A stretch of DNA of 60,348 nucleotides, from IMG/VR virus record IMGVR_UViG_3300037755_000377, positions 1 to 60,348 of that record, one strand, 5' to 3'. Below, piece by piece: positions 35,412-45,326 of this stretch (the stretch's first letter is position 1; each line of letters begins with the position of its first letter). The position numbers and the translations under genes were made by a program. This DNA comes from a virus (taxonomy: Duplodnaviria > Caudoviricetes). The notes under the pieces were generated by a model, which worked only from the letters and a program-made list of their open reading frames with translations, was not told the origin of the DNA and did no database searches.

Positions 35412-35783
35412 ATGGACCTTGGAAAGATTGTCGGAGCATTGAGCGGCGACAGCGGCACAATGAACAAACTCAAGGCCATGAGTCCCGGCAACTTTGGTGC
35501 CAGCAACCCATTCGATTGGCAGGCTGCCATGAAAAAGTACACCGACGCCATGGGAGCTTTTGGTGGCGGCGACAGCAAAAACAAATACATGGCCAACTTT
35601 ACCGGCAACGGTCAGTATTCCATGCCTGGGCTGATGAAGCAGTACGGCATCGACATGAGCCAATACGACCTGCCGTCGCTGGTCAAGAAATGGCAGGACG
35701 AGGGCGGTGCGGGTCTGTTTGGTCTTGGCGGCAGTAATACGGCTGGTCCAGTCAATCTCGGCGGCTGGGGGAGTCTTTATTAA
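35412..35783 (+). CDS. Gly/Met-rich small protein (possible internal virion protein)
   Basis: RBS AGGAG; low-complexity composition. Confidence 0.55.
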   Translation: MDLGKIVGALSGDSGTMNKLKAMSPGNFGASNPFDWQAAMKKYTDAMGAFGGGDSKNKYMANFTGNGQYSMPGLMKQYGIDMSQYDLPSLVKKWQDEGGAGLFGLGGSNTAGPVNLGGWGSLY

Positions 35784-36484
35784 TGAGCCTCCTGACCATC
35801 ATTCAGGACGCTACTGATACGCTTGGCATCCCGCGACCGACTGCGGTTGTGTCGTCCACGGCGCAACAGACTCGGCAGTTGCTTGGCCTCGCCAATCGTG
35901 AAGGCAAGACCCTTGCGCGCCGTTACAAGTGGCAGGTTCTCACCAAGGAACAGACGTTTGCCGCTGTTGCAACAATCGAGCAGACGAACGCCATCCCGTC
36001 AGACTTCGACCGCTTTGTTGACGAGTCGTTCTTTAACCGCACGGAACAGCGTGAGGTTCGCGGGCCTTTGAATGCCCAGGACTGGCAACTTGAGATTTCC
36101 ACGGTCGCGAGCACGGTTGTTGAGGCATATCGGCAGCGCGGCAATGCAGTGCTGATTACGCCGGTCGCGACGGCTGGCGATACCTACGCATTTGAGTACG
36201 TGTCGAAGAACTGGTGCCAGTCAGAGGCAGAAGACGGGCAAGCGCGGTGGGCGGTCGATAGCGACACTGGAATACTTGACGAAGAGGTTATGACGCTCGG
36301 CATCGTGTGGCGCTTCAAGAAAATGAAGGGCTTCGATTACGCCGAGGAATTCCGCGATTATGAAATGATGGTTGCTGATTTGATGATGCGAGACGCCAGC
36401 AAGCCGAGGATCAACATGGGCACAACAGGCGATCTTGGCGCCTATCGTCCGTACATTGCGGACGGTAACTGGAACGTTTCGTAA
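35783..36484 (+). CDS. head-to-tail adaptor (tail tubular protein A / gp4-like)
   Basis: MSLLTIIQ, IPSDFDRFV, FEYVSKNW; synteny. Confidence 0.75.
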   Translation: MSLLTIIQDATDTLGIPRPTAVVSSTAQQTRQLLGLANREGKTLARRYKWQVLTKEQTFAAVATIEQTNAIPSDFDRFVDESFFNRTEQREVRGPLNAQDWQLEISTVASTVVEAYRQRGNAVLITPVATAGDTYAFEYVSKNWCQSEAEDGQARWAVDSDTGILDEEVMTLGIVWRFKKMKGFDYAEEFRDYEMMVADLMMRDASKPRINMGTTGDLGAYRPYIADGNWNVS

Positions 36485-37036
36485 ATGGCAATGGATGTTG
36501 TTGCTGCTCTGTCTGACGATCCATGGCAGCGCGCGGCGGATCGTGTCATGAGGTCGGTAAAGTCTGAGAGCAAGCGCGGGCCGTCTGCGGAGAAGCTTGG
36601 CAATGTTGCCTTGGCGCTTGTTGGTTCTCCGGTCAATGCAATAGATTCGTTGATGCAGTACGCCGCCACGTCAAGACCTGGCGAGAACGAGGCGCTTGCG
36701 GGACCGGCATTCAATACCGCGCTTGACACCATTGGGATGGGGACGTTTGGCGCCATGCGCGGGGCAGCGGGCGCGGCAGGCGGGAAGTTAATCCAACCCA
36801 GTGGCGTGGCGACGACAATTACCGAGCAGCTTAAGGGCGCGATGGCGGACAGGAGTGCCTATACCGGCATCTTGAGTGCGATTGGTTCTGAGAAAAGGGT
36901 AACAATTAATGATTTGCGTCAGGTTTTGACTCAACTTGGGATGTCGCCGGACCCGCGAGCTACGAGGGATAGGCTGTTGCGCGATATTGATATGGTTCAG
37001 TTCCGTCAATTGCGGTTTGAGAACAAGCTGAAATAA
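36485..37036 (+). CDS. hypothetical protein (possible internal virion protein)
   Basis: Inserted between tail tubular genes; Gly/Ala-rich middle. Confidence 0.55.
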   Translation: MAMDVVAALSDDPWQRAADRVMRSVKSESKRGPSAEKLGNVALALVGSPVNAIDSLMQYAATSRPGENEALAGPAFNTALDTIGMGTFGAMRGAAGAAGGKLIQPSGVATTITEQLKGAMADRSAYTGILSAIGSEKRVTINDLRQVLTQLGMSPDPRATRDRLLRDIDMVQFRQLRFENKLK

Positions 37037-37053
37037 GCGACGGGACTCAATAA

Positions 37054-38616
37054 ATGCTGCAAGCCCTTCGTCCCAACCCCTCTCGGCAGAGAACGTCGAA
37101 AGGGGCCAGCATTCCTGCGCCCGTTGAGGGATGGGATGCATCCTCGCCTATATCGGCCATGGATGCCAAGCGGGCTATTACGTTGGAGAACTTCTTTCCG
37201 GATCAGGGGTTTGTGCGACTCCGCAGGGGCTTTACCTCGCACGCAACGGGCGTTGGCAGTGGTACCGTCGATAGTCTGATGACCTATCACGGTGTCAGCA
37301 CAAGCAAGCTGTTCGCTGCCCAGGGCACCAACATCTATGACGCGACCAGCGCGGCCACGGCCACGGTAGCTGTGTCCTCGGTGACTTCCGACCGTTGGCA
37401 GCATGTGAATTTCACGACCAGCGGAGGTCACTTTCTGTTCATCGTGAATGGAGCGGACGACCCGCGCCACTATAACGGATCAACCTGGGCAACGCCTTCA
37501 ATCACCGGCATCACAGCGTCGAATGCCGTCAATGTCGCGGTCCACAAGAAGCGCATTTGGCTGGTTCAGAACGCCAGCACACAAGCGGCCTATCTTCCGC
37601 TCGATAGCGTAGCGGGGGCGGCCACAACCTTTGAACTTGGGTCCAATTTCGACCTTGGCGGCTATCTGGTGGCCATCGGCTCCTGGACGGTCGACAGCGG
37701 GACAGGCCCGGATGATCTGGCGGTGTTCGTCTCAAGCCGTGGTCAGGTCGCGGTCTATCAAGGTATTGACCCTGCCAGTTCCGACACATGGTCCCTGATT
37801 GGCGTGTTCAACATGGGTGCTCCGATTGGCAGGCGGTGTCTGACCAAGGTAGCGGGCGACCTGGCCTATATCTCGATTGACGGAGTTGTCCCGCTCTCCA
37901 AGGCATTGGCATTGGATCGCGGCGCGGTGCAGATTGCGGCCATCACAGCGAACATCCAGCGCGAGATGGCGTCGGCTGCGCGTGACGCCGCGTCTCATTT
38001 CGGCTGGCAGTTGATCGGTTATCCGAAGGGAACCGCTGCTATTATCAATGTTCCGATTACGGACGGTGTGACCTCGCACCAATACGTGATGAACACAATC
38101 TCCGGGGCATGGTGCCGCTATAAGGGGCAAAATGCTTTTTCATGGGAAATCATGGACGATGTGCTTTTTTTTGGCGGGAATAGCATCGTCTATATGGCCG
38201 ACAGCGGACAGGATGATGCTGGCGATCCAATCACGGCAGAGCTGAAAACGGCATTCAACTATTACGGCGACCGAGGCCGCAACAAGCACTTCAAGATGAT
38301 CCGTCCGATTATCACGACGGACGGCCGGGTTGAACCGTCAATCGGCATGGACGTTGACTATGAGGACAATATACCCGCCACGGTGATTTCCGCTCCTTCG
38401 GGAGGCGGTGCGAACTGGAACCAAGTCAACTGGAATCAATTCGATTGGGGCGGCTCAGGTGTGGACGTTCCACAGACAGAATGGCAGTCGATTTCCGGCA
38501 TCGGGCATTGTGCCGCTGTTCACATGACGGTTTCTGTCGCGCCAACGTCTGGCAACAGCGTCACGCTATTCGTCAACGGCTTCGATGTTATCTATGAAAC
38601 CGGCGACTTCGTTTAA
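37054..38616 (+). CDS. tail nozzle / DNA-stabilisation protein (gp10/TTPB-like)
   Basis: PAPVEGWD, LENFFP...LRRG, beta-propeller-like repeats; synteny. Confidence 0.8.
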   Translation: MLQALRPNPSRQRTSKGASIPAPVEGWDASSPISAMDAKRAITLENFFPDQGFVRLRRGFTSHATGVGSGTVDSLMTYHGVSTSKLFAAQGTNIYDATSAATATVAVSSVTSDRWQHVNFTTSGGHFLFIVNGADDPRHYNGSTWATPSITGITASNAVNVAVHKKRIWLVQNASTQAAYLPLDSVAGAATTFELGSNFDLGGYLVAIGSWTVDSGTGPDDLAVFVSSRGQVAVYQGIDPASSDTWSLIGVFNMGAPIGRRCLTKVAGDLAYISIDGVVPLSKALALDRGAVQIAAITANIQREMASAARDAASHFGWQLIGYPKGTAAIINVPITDGVTSHQYVMNTISGAWCRYKGQNAFSWEIMDDVLFFGGNSIVYMADSGQDDAGDPITAELKTAFNYYGDRGRNKHFKMIRPIITTDGRVEPSIGMDVDYEDNIPATVISAPSGGGANWNQVNWNQFDWGGSGVDVPQTEWQSISGIGHCAAVHMTVSVAPTSGNSVTLFVNGFDVIYETGDFV

Positions 38617-39011
38617 TGCAGGTCGTGGTCGATGAGTCCGTTATCGGATACGTCGAGAACAAATTGAAGGTGAAGATTTCACCGCCAAGCATCGCGATCG
38701 GGTTTGCCGCCAATGACGGCCGCGCTCTCTGCGCCTGCGTGTTCAATGGTTACAACCACTCAAATATCGATGTGACGATTGTTGCGGAACCCGGTGGCCT
38801 GACGCGCGGTGTTCTCCGCTACATTGCCGACTATGTGTTCAAACAACTCAACTGTCAGCGGATGACGGCTTACATCAAAAAGCGCAACAAGCGCGCATTG
38901 AAAATGGCTCCCCGCTTTGGCTTCCAATACGAGATGGTCGCGAAGAAATACTTTCGCGACGATGACGCGGTGATGTTCCGCATGACAAACGACGAATGCA
39001 GGTGGCTCTAA
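38616..39011 (+). CDS. GNAT-fold virion-associated protein
   Basis: YVFKQLNCQRMTA...N..AL...RFGFQYE; typical podovirus position. Confidence 0.75.
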   Translation: MQVVVDESVIGYVENKLKVKISPPSIAIGFAANDGRALCACVFNGYNHSNIDVTIVAEPGGLTRGVLRYIADYVFKQLNCQRMTAYIKKRNKRALKMAPRFGFQYEMVAKKYFRDDDAVMFRMTNDECRWL

Positions 39012-39982
39012 TGGTCAGTACCCCGGCACCCCCTCGACCTCCCGATCCTGAAAAAACAGCGCAGGCGCAGGCCGATCTGAATTCTCAGACCGCGATTACG
39101 CAATATGGCCTGAATGCCACCAATCAAAGTACGCCGTATGGAAATTTGACCTATAACCAGATCGGCACATGGGAAGACGGAACACCACGCTACGAGGCTG
39201 TTACCTCACTCACGCCTGAACAACAGGCCATCCTCGACCAGAACCAGCAATTCGCACTGTCGAGTGGACAGCTTGCCAATAGCCAAGTTCAGCGTCTGAC
39301 GGATCACCTTGGGCAACCCATCGATCTGTCCAACGATGCAGTGACCGGCTATCTAAACAACCTCTATAGCGAGTATTACCAACCACTGATGGATGAGCAG
39401 TGGAAGAAGAAAGAGGTGGACCTGCTCAATCGCGGAATTGGGCTCGGCACGGAAGCCTACGACCGCGAATATCGCAATTTCATGGACAATGCCGGGCGTC
39501 AGCAGACCAACTGGTTGCTCAATGCTCGCCAGCAGGGCGTTGGTGAAATGTTGCAGGCCCGCAATCAGCCGATCAATGAAATCACCGCGTTGATGAGTGG
39601 TTCGCAGGTGTCGAATCCGACATGGGCGCCGACTTCAAGCGCTGGCGTTGCTCCGGTCGATTATACCGGGCTGGTACAATCAAATTATGCCGGCCAACTG
39701 AACAATTACAACCAGCAGATCGGTGCGAACAATGCAATGCTGTCTGGACTGTTCGGCCTTGGCGGTGCGGCGCTTGGCGGGTGGGCGAAGTCCGACCGTC
39801 GCCTGAAAACCGACATCAAGCGCGTCGGAAGGCTCGATAGCGGCATTGGCGTCTATACCTACCGGCTGGAGGATGGTCCGATCCAGATGGGCGTCATGGC
39901 TGATGAAGTGGTGCAGGTTGCGCCGCACGCTGTTCGCCGCGACGCGGACGGGTTTGATTCCGTGAACTACGGGGGGCTGTAA
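39011..39982 (+). CDS. DNA ejection protein with C-terminal peptidase S74 domain
   Basis: NQSTPYGNLTY, Gln/Asn-rich body, SDRRLKTDI...GVMADEV...VNY. Confidence 0.75.
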   Translation: MVSTPAPPRPPDPEKTAQAQADLNSQTAITQYGLNATNQSTPYGNLTYNQIGTWEDGTPRYEAVTSLTPEQQAILDQNQQFALSSGQLANSQVQRLTDHLGQPIDLSNDAVTGYLNNLYSEYYQPLMDEQWKKKEVDLLNRGIGLGTEAYDREYRNFMDNAGRQQTNWLLNARQQGVGEMLQARNQPINEITALMSGSQVSNPTWAPTSSAGVAPVDYTGLVQSNYAGQLNNYNQQIGANNAMLSGLFGLGGAALGGWAKSDRRLKTDIKRVGRLDSGIGVYTYRLEDGPIQMGVMADEVVQVAPHAVRRDADGFDSVNYGGL

Positions 39983-39984
39983 GC

Positions 39985-42324
39985 ATGGCCAGTCCAGTCG
40001 ACAGTGGCACCACCCCGGAGGAAATCAAACTCCGCAGGGCGTATGCCAATGCCATGCTGATGAAGGCGCTCAAGGGGCGTCCGATTCAGCATTGGACGCA
40101 AGGTCTTGCCCAATTGGCTGAGGCCGGCATTGGCGGGCTGATGTCGCGGCAGGCGGCCGATGATGAAAAAAAGGCGTCCTATGGCGCAACGGCGGACGTG
40201 ATTGCCGCTTTGGGCGGCCCTCAGGCAAAAGATTCATGGATGGCGGCAAATCCAGCCCCGAAGGTCGCAAGTGACAATTTCCTAAGCAACCTGTTCGGTT
40301 CCGGCAAGTATAGCCTGCCGAACCTGTTGTCAGGTGCTGGCGCGCCGGATGCTGCGGCCACGCCTGCACCCGCTGTGCCGCCGTCTCCGGTTGCGGCGGC
40401 ACTGTCCGGTCCTAGTGCCGCTGTTGCACCGCCCAGTATGGTTTCGAATGCCTTGGCTGGCGGGCAGGACGGGCCGGGTGCGTCGCCCGGAATCCCGGCC
40501 GACATTACGTCCATGGCACAACGACAAGCTCCGGAGAATGTCCGCCCGGTCATTGCTGCGCTGGCGCAAAAATACAACGTTCATCCCGACGCGGTTTCCG
40601 CCGTGTTTGGCATGGAATCGAACTTTAACCCGCAGGCTATGTCACCTGGCGGCAAGTATCGCGGGATTTCACAAATCGGCCCTGACACGTTCAAGGAAGC
40701 CGGTGGTCGCCTTGCTGGCATGACGTGGGATGAGTTCGTTAACGCCCCGGCCGAGCGGCAGGCTTTGGCCTATGGCTCATATCTCGGTCACTACAAAATG
40801 CCGCAGAAATGGGCGGCGGCCGGGATTGACCCGTCAAAAATGACGCCTCCGCAGCAGGCGGCCCTATTGCAGGGCGCTCAATTCGCGCCGAACCGAACCA
40901 GTTGGCTCCGCAGCGTAGCGGGCGGACAAGGCGATGTTCCGGCGACAACCGCCCCGCAGGCGCGCGCGCTCGGCACCACGTCATTTAACGACATGGTGGC
41001 CGCGTTTGAAAAGCGCATGGGCCGCAGTCCAACGCCGCAGGAATCTGTTGCATTGCGTCAGGCGTCAGAGACTGAGCCTGAGATTTCCGCCGTTGCCAGG
41101 ACAGGCGTTCCAGCCCCGCCGGCCAATCCACAGGCCGCAGGCCAGCCTATGCCGCCCGTACCGCCTCCCGGTGGTCAGCCGCAATTGGCCCGTGGCCTGG
41201 CAGGCATTGGCGCACAGGGAATGCAGCCTCCACAGATGCCGGTTCCGCCGATGCCGCAGGCCCGCCCCCAACAGGCCCCACAAGCCCCTCAGGGCGGCAC
41301 TGAGGCGTTGTCCGCGCAAAGGCGCTTTGCCCAGGCGCAGCCGTCATATCCCTCCCAGCCCGGCCTACAGAATCTTGCACAGGGCATTCAGGGTGGACAG
41401 CCGGCGGCACCGGCCGCGCCCGTTGCCACGCCGGCTCCCGCTCAGACTGGGCCGGTCCCGCAGGCCGTGCCGCCACAAGCGACCCCGCCGCAGGCCGGCG
41501 CCCTTGGCGGCATTGATCCGCAGACTGGCAGGCTAATCGCGTTGTCATCCAAGCCACAGTTTGGGTTTGCCCCGTCTGCTTTGCAGGCCATTGTGAAGTC
41601 GAAAATTGCTCAGGGGCTAAAGCCGTCCGACTATGACATCCAGCACAGGCCGGACGGGGCTGTCATTGCAGTCAACAAGCGTAATCCAACCGATCGGATT
41701 GTGATCCCGGCGTCGCCGGAAGCCAGTCAGGGACTCATTGACTTTGAGGCGAAAAAGGCGACGGCGCTGGAGGCTGCGAAGAAAAATGTCGGTAGGGAAG
41801 AAAGAGACAGGTCGACGGTAAGAACTGCAAATATCATGATTGACGATATCAACCGCAGTCTTGATGTCGCGCGCGACAATCCAAAAGCCCTCGGTATTGG
41901 CAGTCTTGCAGCTGGCGTTCCCGGCACGGCCGCTCACAACTTGAGCAAATTGCTTGGTGGCATCAAAGCAAACATCGGTTTTGACCGGCTGCAAGAGATG
42001 CGAAACAACTCACCAACCGGCGGCGCTCTTGGTCAAGTCGCCATCGCTGAACTTGAAAGGTTGGAATCTGTTCGCGGCAGCATTGTCCAGTCGCAAACGA
42101 AGGAACAGTTTGAATACAACATGAAGCGTCTCAAGAATGAATATCTTGACGTTGTTCATGGCGTTGGAAAGAAAGACACTTCAACAAATAGGATTATTAC
42201 GCGAGACGACGTGATCCGTACAATGCCTGAACTGCGCGGTGAATACACTGATCTCAAGACTGATAATAACAGAACAAACGACGGGAAAAGAAAAACAAAA
42301 ACCGGCGTGGAGTGGAGCTTCTAA
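39985..42324 (+). CDS. ejection protein with lytic transglycosylase domain
   Basis: MESNFNPQA...RGISQI SLT motif; Pro/Gln-rich linkers; GGALGQV. Confidence 0.75.
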   Translation: MASPVDSGTTPEEIKLRRAYANAMLMKALKGRPIQHWTQGLAQLAEAGIGGLMSRQAADDEKKASYGATADVIAALGGPQAKDSWMAANPAPKVASDNFLSNLFGSGKYSLPNLLSGAGAPDAAATPAPAVPPSPVAAALSGPSAAVAPPSMVSNALAGGQDGPGASPGIPADITSMAQRQAPENVRPVIAALAQKYNVHPDAVSAVFGMESNFNPQAMSPGGKYRGISQIGPDTFKEAGGRLAGMTWDEFVNAPAERQALAYGSYLGHYKMPQKWAAAGIDPSKMTPPQQAALLQGAQFAPNRTSWLRSVAGGQGDVPATTAPQARALGTTSFNDMVAAFEKRMGRSPTPQESVALRQASETEPEISAVARTGVPAPPANPQAAGQPMPPVPPPGGQPQLARGLAGIGAQGMQPPQMPVPPMPQARPQQAPQAPQGGTEALSAQRRFAQAQPSYPSQPGLQNLAQGIQGGQPAAPAAPVATPAPAQTGPVPQAVPPQATPPQAGALGGIDPQTGRLIALSSKPQFGFAPSALQAIVKSKIAQGLKPSDYDIQHRPDGAVIAVNKRNPTDRIVIPASPEASQGLIDFEAKKATALEAAKKNVGREERDRSTVRTANIMIDDINRSLDVARDNPKALGIGSLAAGVPGTAAHNLSKLLGGIKANIGFDRLQEMRNNSPTGGALGQVAIAELERLESVRGSIVQSQTKEQFEYNMKRLKNEYLDVVHGVGKKDTSTNRIITRDDVIRTMPELRGEYTDLKTDNNRTNDGKRKTKTGVEWSF

Positions 42325-42326
42325 CA

Positions 42327-43952
42327 ATGGCTCAAATCACTGTTGGCGGACAAAAGGTGACAGTCGGGGATAACTTTTTCTCTCTGCCACCTGACCAGCA
42401 AGATGAAACCGTTGATGAAATCTCGCGGTCCCTGCAACCATCGTCAGCGCCCTCCGGGCCAGTCAATAGCACACTCGACGTGGCGAAGGGGCTTGGGTCT
42501 GGTGTTGTTCGGGGTGCGGCAATTTATGCCGGGCAGAGTGGCGACATTGGCGATGCAATGCTTTCTGGAATTCGGAAGTACAAAGAGGCTGGCGCGCCGG
42601 TTGATGAGTACCGAGCCAAAGCGTTGGAGGTGATGCCGGCTTGGCTGAGAAAATACCATGAAGGCGACCTTGGGCCGTCTCCGGTGAGCAGCCAGGCTAT
42701 TATGAGAAAAATTGACGAAACGACCGGCATTCCAATTACTGGATTCCAGCCAGAGACGTTGCCTGGGCGCGTTGCTCAAACCGCAAGTTCATTTGCAATT
42801 CCAGGAATGCTGACCGGGCAAGGCTTGGTGCGCGGAGCGCTTATGCCTGGTGCCGGCGCTGAACTGGCGCGGACGGCTGCTGAAGGAACTAGCTGGGAAA
42901 TGCCGGCGGCAATTGCCGGCGCTGTCATCGGCGGCGCAGCGTTGCCTCGGAAAAATTTCCCGTCTGCCGCAAACATGAAAGACGCATCGTCTGGTCTTTA
43001 TAATAGTCCTGTTGTTAAGGCCCTTCGTGTGGACCCGACAAGTCCGGCCGATCTGTCAAACATCATAATCCACGATGCATTCGCAGCCGGGGCAAGGCCA
43101 GGAAATGCCAAACGCGCCTTCAAGGCAATTACTGATGAGTTGTCGCGGCCGATGAAGGAAAGTCGCCCGGCCAGTGTCGCCGATCTTCAGTCTGCGAAGG
43201 ATGTTTTGCGAGAGGTTGTCGATAAAGGCACGGAAATAACCGGAAAAATGAATAAGAATGCCCGAGTTGCATCGCAGGCCATTAGAGACATTGACACCTA
43301 TGTCGAGAATATCCCGGCTGGCAAAGTTCTCGCCGGCAATATTTCTGAGGTTGCACCTATTTTGCGCGATGCAAGAGCAAACTGGGCAGCGGCTATGAGA
43401 ACAGGTGACGTTGACCGCCTTGTGAAGATGGCTGAAAACAGGGCGGCCAGCACGTATTCAGGTGGCAATGTCAACAATGCGACCAGGCAGAATCTACGGC
43501 GCCTTTTAGATAATCCAAAGCGAACTGCGGGCTATACAGCCGCAGAGCGTAAGGCTCTTGAGCGCTCTGTTTTAGGTACAAAAACCGGGAATGCGGCGAG
43601 ATATATTGGCAACAGTTTCGGCGGGACTGGTACACTTGGCATGGTGGGGCCTGGCGGGTCCGCGCTTGGCGTAGGTGGTCTATCTCTCGCGAGTGGACAA
43701 GACCCGCAAACGGCAGCGACGATAGGCATTTTGACGGCGCTTGGCGCACGTGGGCTTGGCCGGTCGGCGAGGGCTGTAGGAAATGCATCCCAAGCGCGGC
43801 AAACAAGACTATTCAGGGAACTGGTCGCCTCCAGATCGCCGCTCGCCCAAGACCCGCAAGCTCTTGCCGCTATCGGCATTAAGCCTACCACCCGGAACTT
43901 GGCCGTTATTCAAGCGCTTGTTGAAGCCCAAAATGTTCAGCGCAATCCTTAA
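42327..43952 (+). CDS. large ejection (internal virion) protein
   Basis: Ala/Gly-rich helical protein, third of the ejection trio. Confidence 0.7.
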   Translation: MAQITVGGQKVTVGDNFFSLPPDQQDETVDEISRSLQPSSAPSGPVNSTLDVAKGLGSGVVRGAAIYAGQSGDIGDAMLSGIRKYKEAGAPVDEYRAKALEVMPAWLRKYHEGDLGPSPVSSQAIMRKIDETTGIPITGFQPETLPGRVAQTASSFAIPGMLTGQGLVRGALMPGAGAELARTAAEGTSWEMPAAIAGAVIGGAALPRKNFPSAANMKDASSGLYNSPVVKALRVDPTSPADLSNIIIHDAFAAGARPGNAKRAFKAITDELSRPMKESRPASVADLQSAKDVLREVVDKGTEITGKMNKNARVASQAIRDIDTYVENIPAGKVLAGNISEVAPILRDARANWAAAMRTGDVDRLVKMAENRAASTYSGGNVNNATRQNLRRLLDNPKRTAGYTAAERKALERSVLGTKTGNAARYIGNSFGGTGTLGMVGPGGSALGVGGLSLASGQDPQTAATIGILTALGARGLGRSARAVGNASQARQTRLFRELVASRSPLAQDPQALAAIGIKPTTRNLAVIQALVEAQNVQRNP

Positions 43953-44135
43953 TCCGCTTCGGAGTGCTTGCACGGATTCAACGACAATGGTCACAAGTAC
44001 TGTGGCAAAAACGGCCATTACGACGCCAAATGTCGCGGCGACCATCGGGTTGTCAACAACACCAATGCGGTGGTTGATCCAAAACACGACACCGACAATG
44101 GATGCCTGAAACAACCGCCAGAAGAATTGTTTCAT
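43809..44135 (-). CDS. small two-TM membrane protein, candidate superinfection exclusion moron
   Basis: MKQFFWRLFQASIVGVVFW...AATFGVVMAVFATVLVTIVV; antisense, directly after the ejection genes. Confidence 0.55.
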   Translation of the reverse strand: MKQFFWRLFQASIVGVVFWINHRIGVVDNPMVAATFGVVMAVFATVLVTIVVESVQALRSGLRIALNILGFNKRLNNGQVPGGRLNADSGKSLRVLGERRSGGDQFPE

Positions 44136-44138
44136 AAG

Positions 44139-44168
44139 GCCCGCCCTCCATGGCGGGTTTTCTATTTT
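44139..44168 (+). terminator. intrinsic terminator
   Basis: GCCCGCC-loop-GGCGGGT then TTTCTATTTT. Confidence 0.55.
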
Positions 44169-44176
44169 AGCGGAGA

Positions 44177-45001
44177 ATGCCCATGGCCCGCAACGGCTCA
44201 GGCACAATGGCCCTGACACAATCCTTTGTCGCGGATACTGCTGCCTTGGCCGAGGATGTGAACGATGTCCTAGAAGACATCCGGGATGAAATCACAAATT
44301 CCTTGGCTGCCGATGGCCAGACCAGCATGACCGCAGCCATCAAAGGCTTTGGCGGCAATGTCACGGTTCCGGGGTATGGCTTTGGCGGTTCTTCGGATGC
44401 CAATACCGGGTTTTGGCGCAAGGCTGCCGACACCCCAGCCGTCACCGCCGGTGGAACCGAGGTTCAGAACTGGACGGCCGGGGCCTCGACCCTCACTGGA
44501 AATATGACGGTAACGGGGCTTGTAACCGGGGCAACCGGCAACATCACTGGCGATCTTGCGGTTGGTGGAAACCTGACCATTACCGGGACTGTTTCGTCAT
44601 TTCCGTCTGGAACAAAGGCGCTCTTTGTTCAAACGGCGGCGCCGACAGGCTGGACGAAGGACACAACGCACAACGATAAGGCGTTACGCATTGTCAGTGG
44701 TACTGCGAGCTCCGGCGGGACAAATGCCTTTTCGACGGTCATGGCGCAGACGGCTACGGGAAGTCATTCCATCACACAGGCAAATCTTCCGGCCACTGTC
44801 GCAATTCCACTGACCTATACGAACACCTCCGGAGCCTATGCCTCCGGCGCGGCGTTGAGTGCTGTCACGGCGATTGCATCCGGCACAAGTCTGAACACCG
44901 ATATCACGCTTACTTCCGTTGGTGGTAGCGGAACCGGCCACACGCACACATTCACCATGTCGATGGCCTTTGTCGACGTGATTATTGCCACCAAGGATTA
45001 G
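44177..45001 (+). CDS. tail fibre protein
   Basis: N-terminal MARNGSG...EITNSLAADGQT virion-attachment motif; FPSGT...APTGWTKDT collar; GHTHT. Confidence 0.8.
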   Translation: MPMARNGSGTMALTQSFVADTAALAEDVNDVLEDIRDEITNSLAADGQTSMTAAIKGFGGNVTVPGYGFGGSSDANTGFWRKAADTPAVTAGGTEVQNWTAGASTLTGNMTVTGLVTGATGNITGDLAVGGNLTITGTVSSFPSGTKALFVQTAAPTGWTKDTTHNDKALRIVSGTASSGGTNAFSTVMAQTATGSHSITQANLPATVAIPLTYTNTSGAYASGAALSAVTAIASGTSLNTDITLTSVGGSGTGHTHTFTMSMAFVDVIIATKD

Positions 45002-45003
45002 TT

Positions 45004-45303
45004 GTGACAATTCAAAAGCCGCGCGGCCCAAAAGACCTTGTGTGCCCGCTTCACAAAAAATCAATGTATGAGGTATGCGAAACGTGTCCTTTTTGGACGC
45101 TGATTCGTGGCAAGCATCCTCAGAGCGAGGAATATATAGACCGCTGGGATTGTTCTATCGCCGTGCTTCCACTTCTGATTCTTGAGGGTGCCCAGCAGAC
45201 CCGCCAAGCCGGCGCGGCCATTGAGTCATTCCGCAATGAAATGGTCGAGGCGAATCAAGCAACCATTGCTGTGATGAACGGCCAAAAGAGACTCACTCGA
45301 TAA
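45004..45303 (+). CDS. Cys-rich fibre-associated protein
   Basis: Paralog of 24529-24846. Confidence 0.7.
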   Translation: MTIQKPRGPKDLVCPLHKKSMYEVCETCPFWTLIRGKHPQSEEYIDRWDCSIAVLPLLILEGAQQTRQAGAAIESFRNEMVEANQATIAVMNGQKRLTR

Positions 45304-45326
45304 TTTCACAAATAACGAGGTGTTCA

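Noticed and set aside
39011-39982. Tail fibre call from the S74 domain
   Set aside because: Body is Gln/Asn-rich and helical and sits in the first ejection-protein position; no fibre repeats.
40330-41520. Pro/Ala/Gln-rich stretch as a DNA tandem repeat
   Set aside because: Low complexity at protein level only; no regular nucleotide period seen.
23945-45303. DGR or invertible tail-fibre switch between the two fibre paralogs
   Set aside because: No reverse transcriptase or invertase; copies differ at synonymous sites throughout rather than only at adenines; same orientation with no inverted crossover sites.
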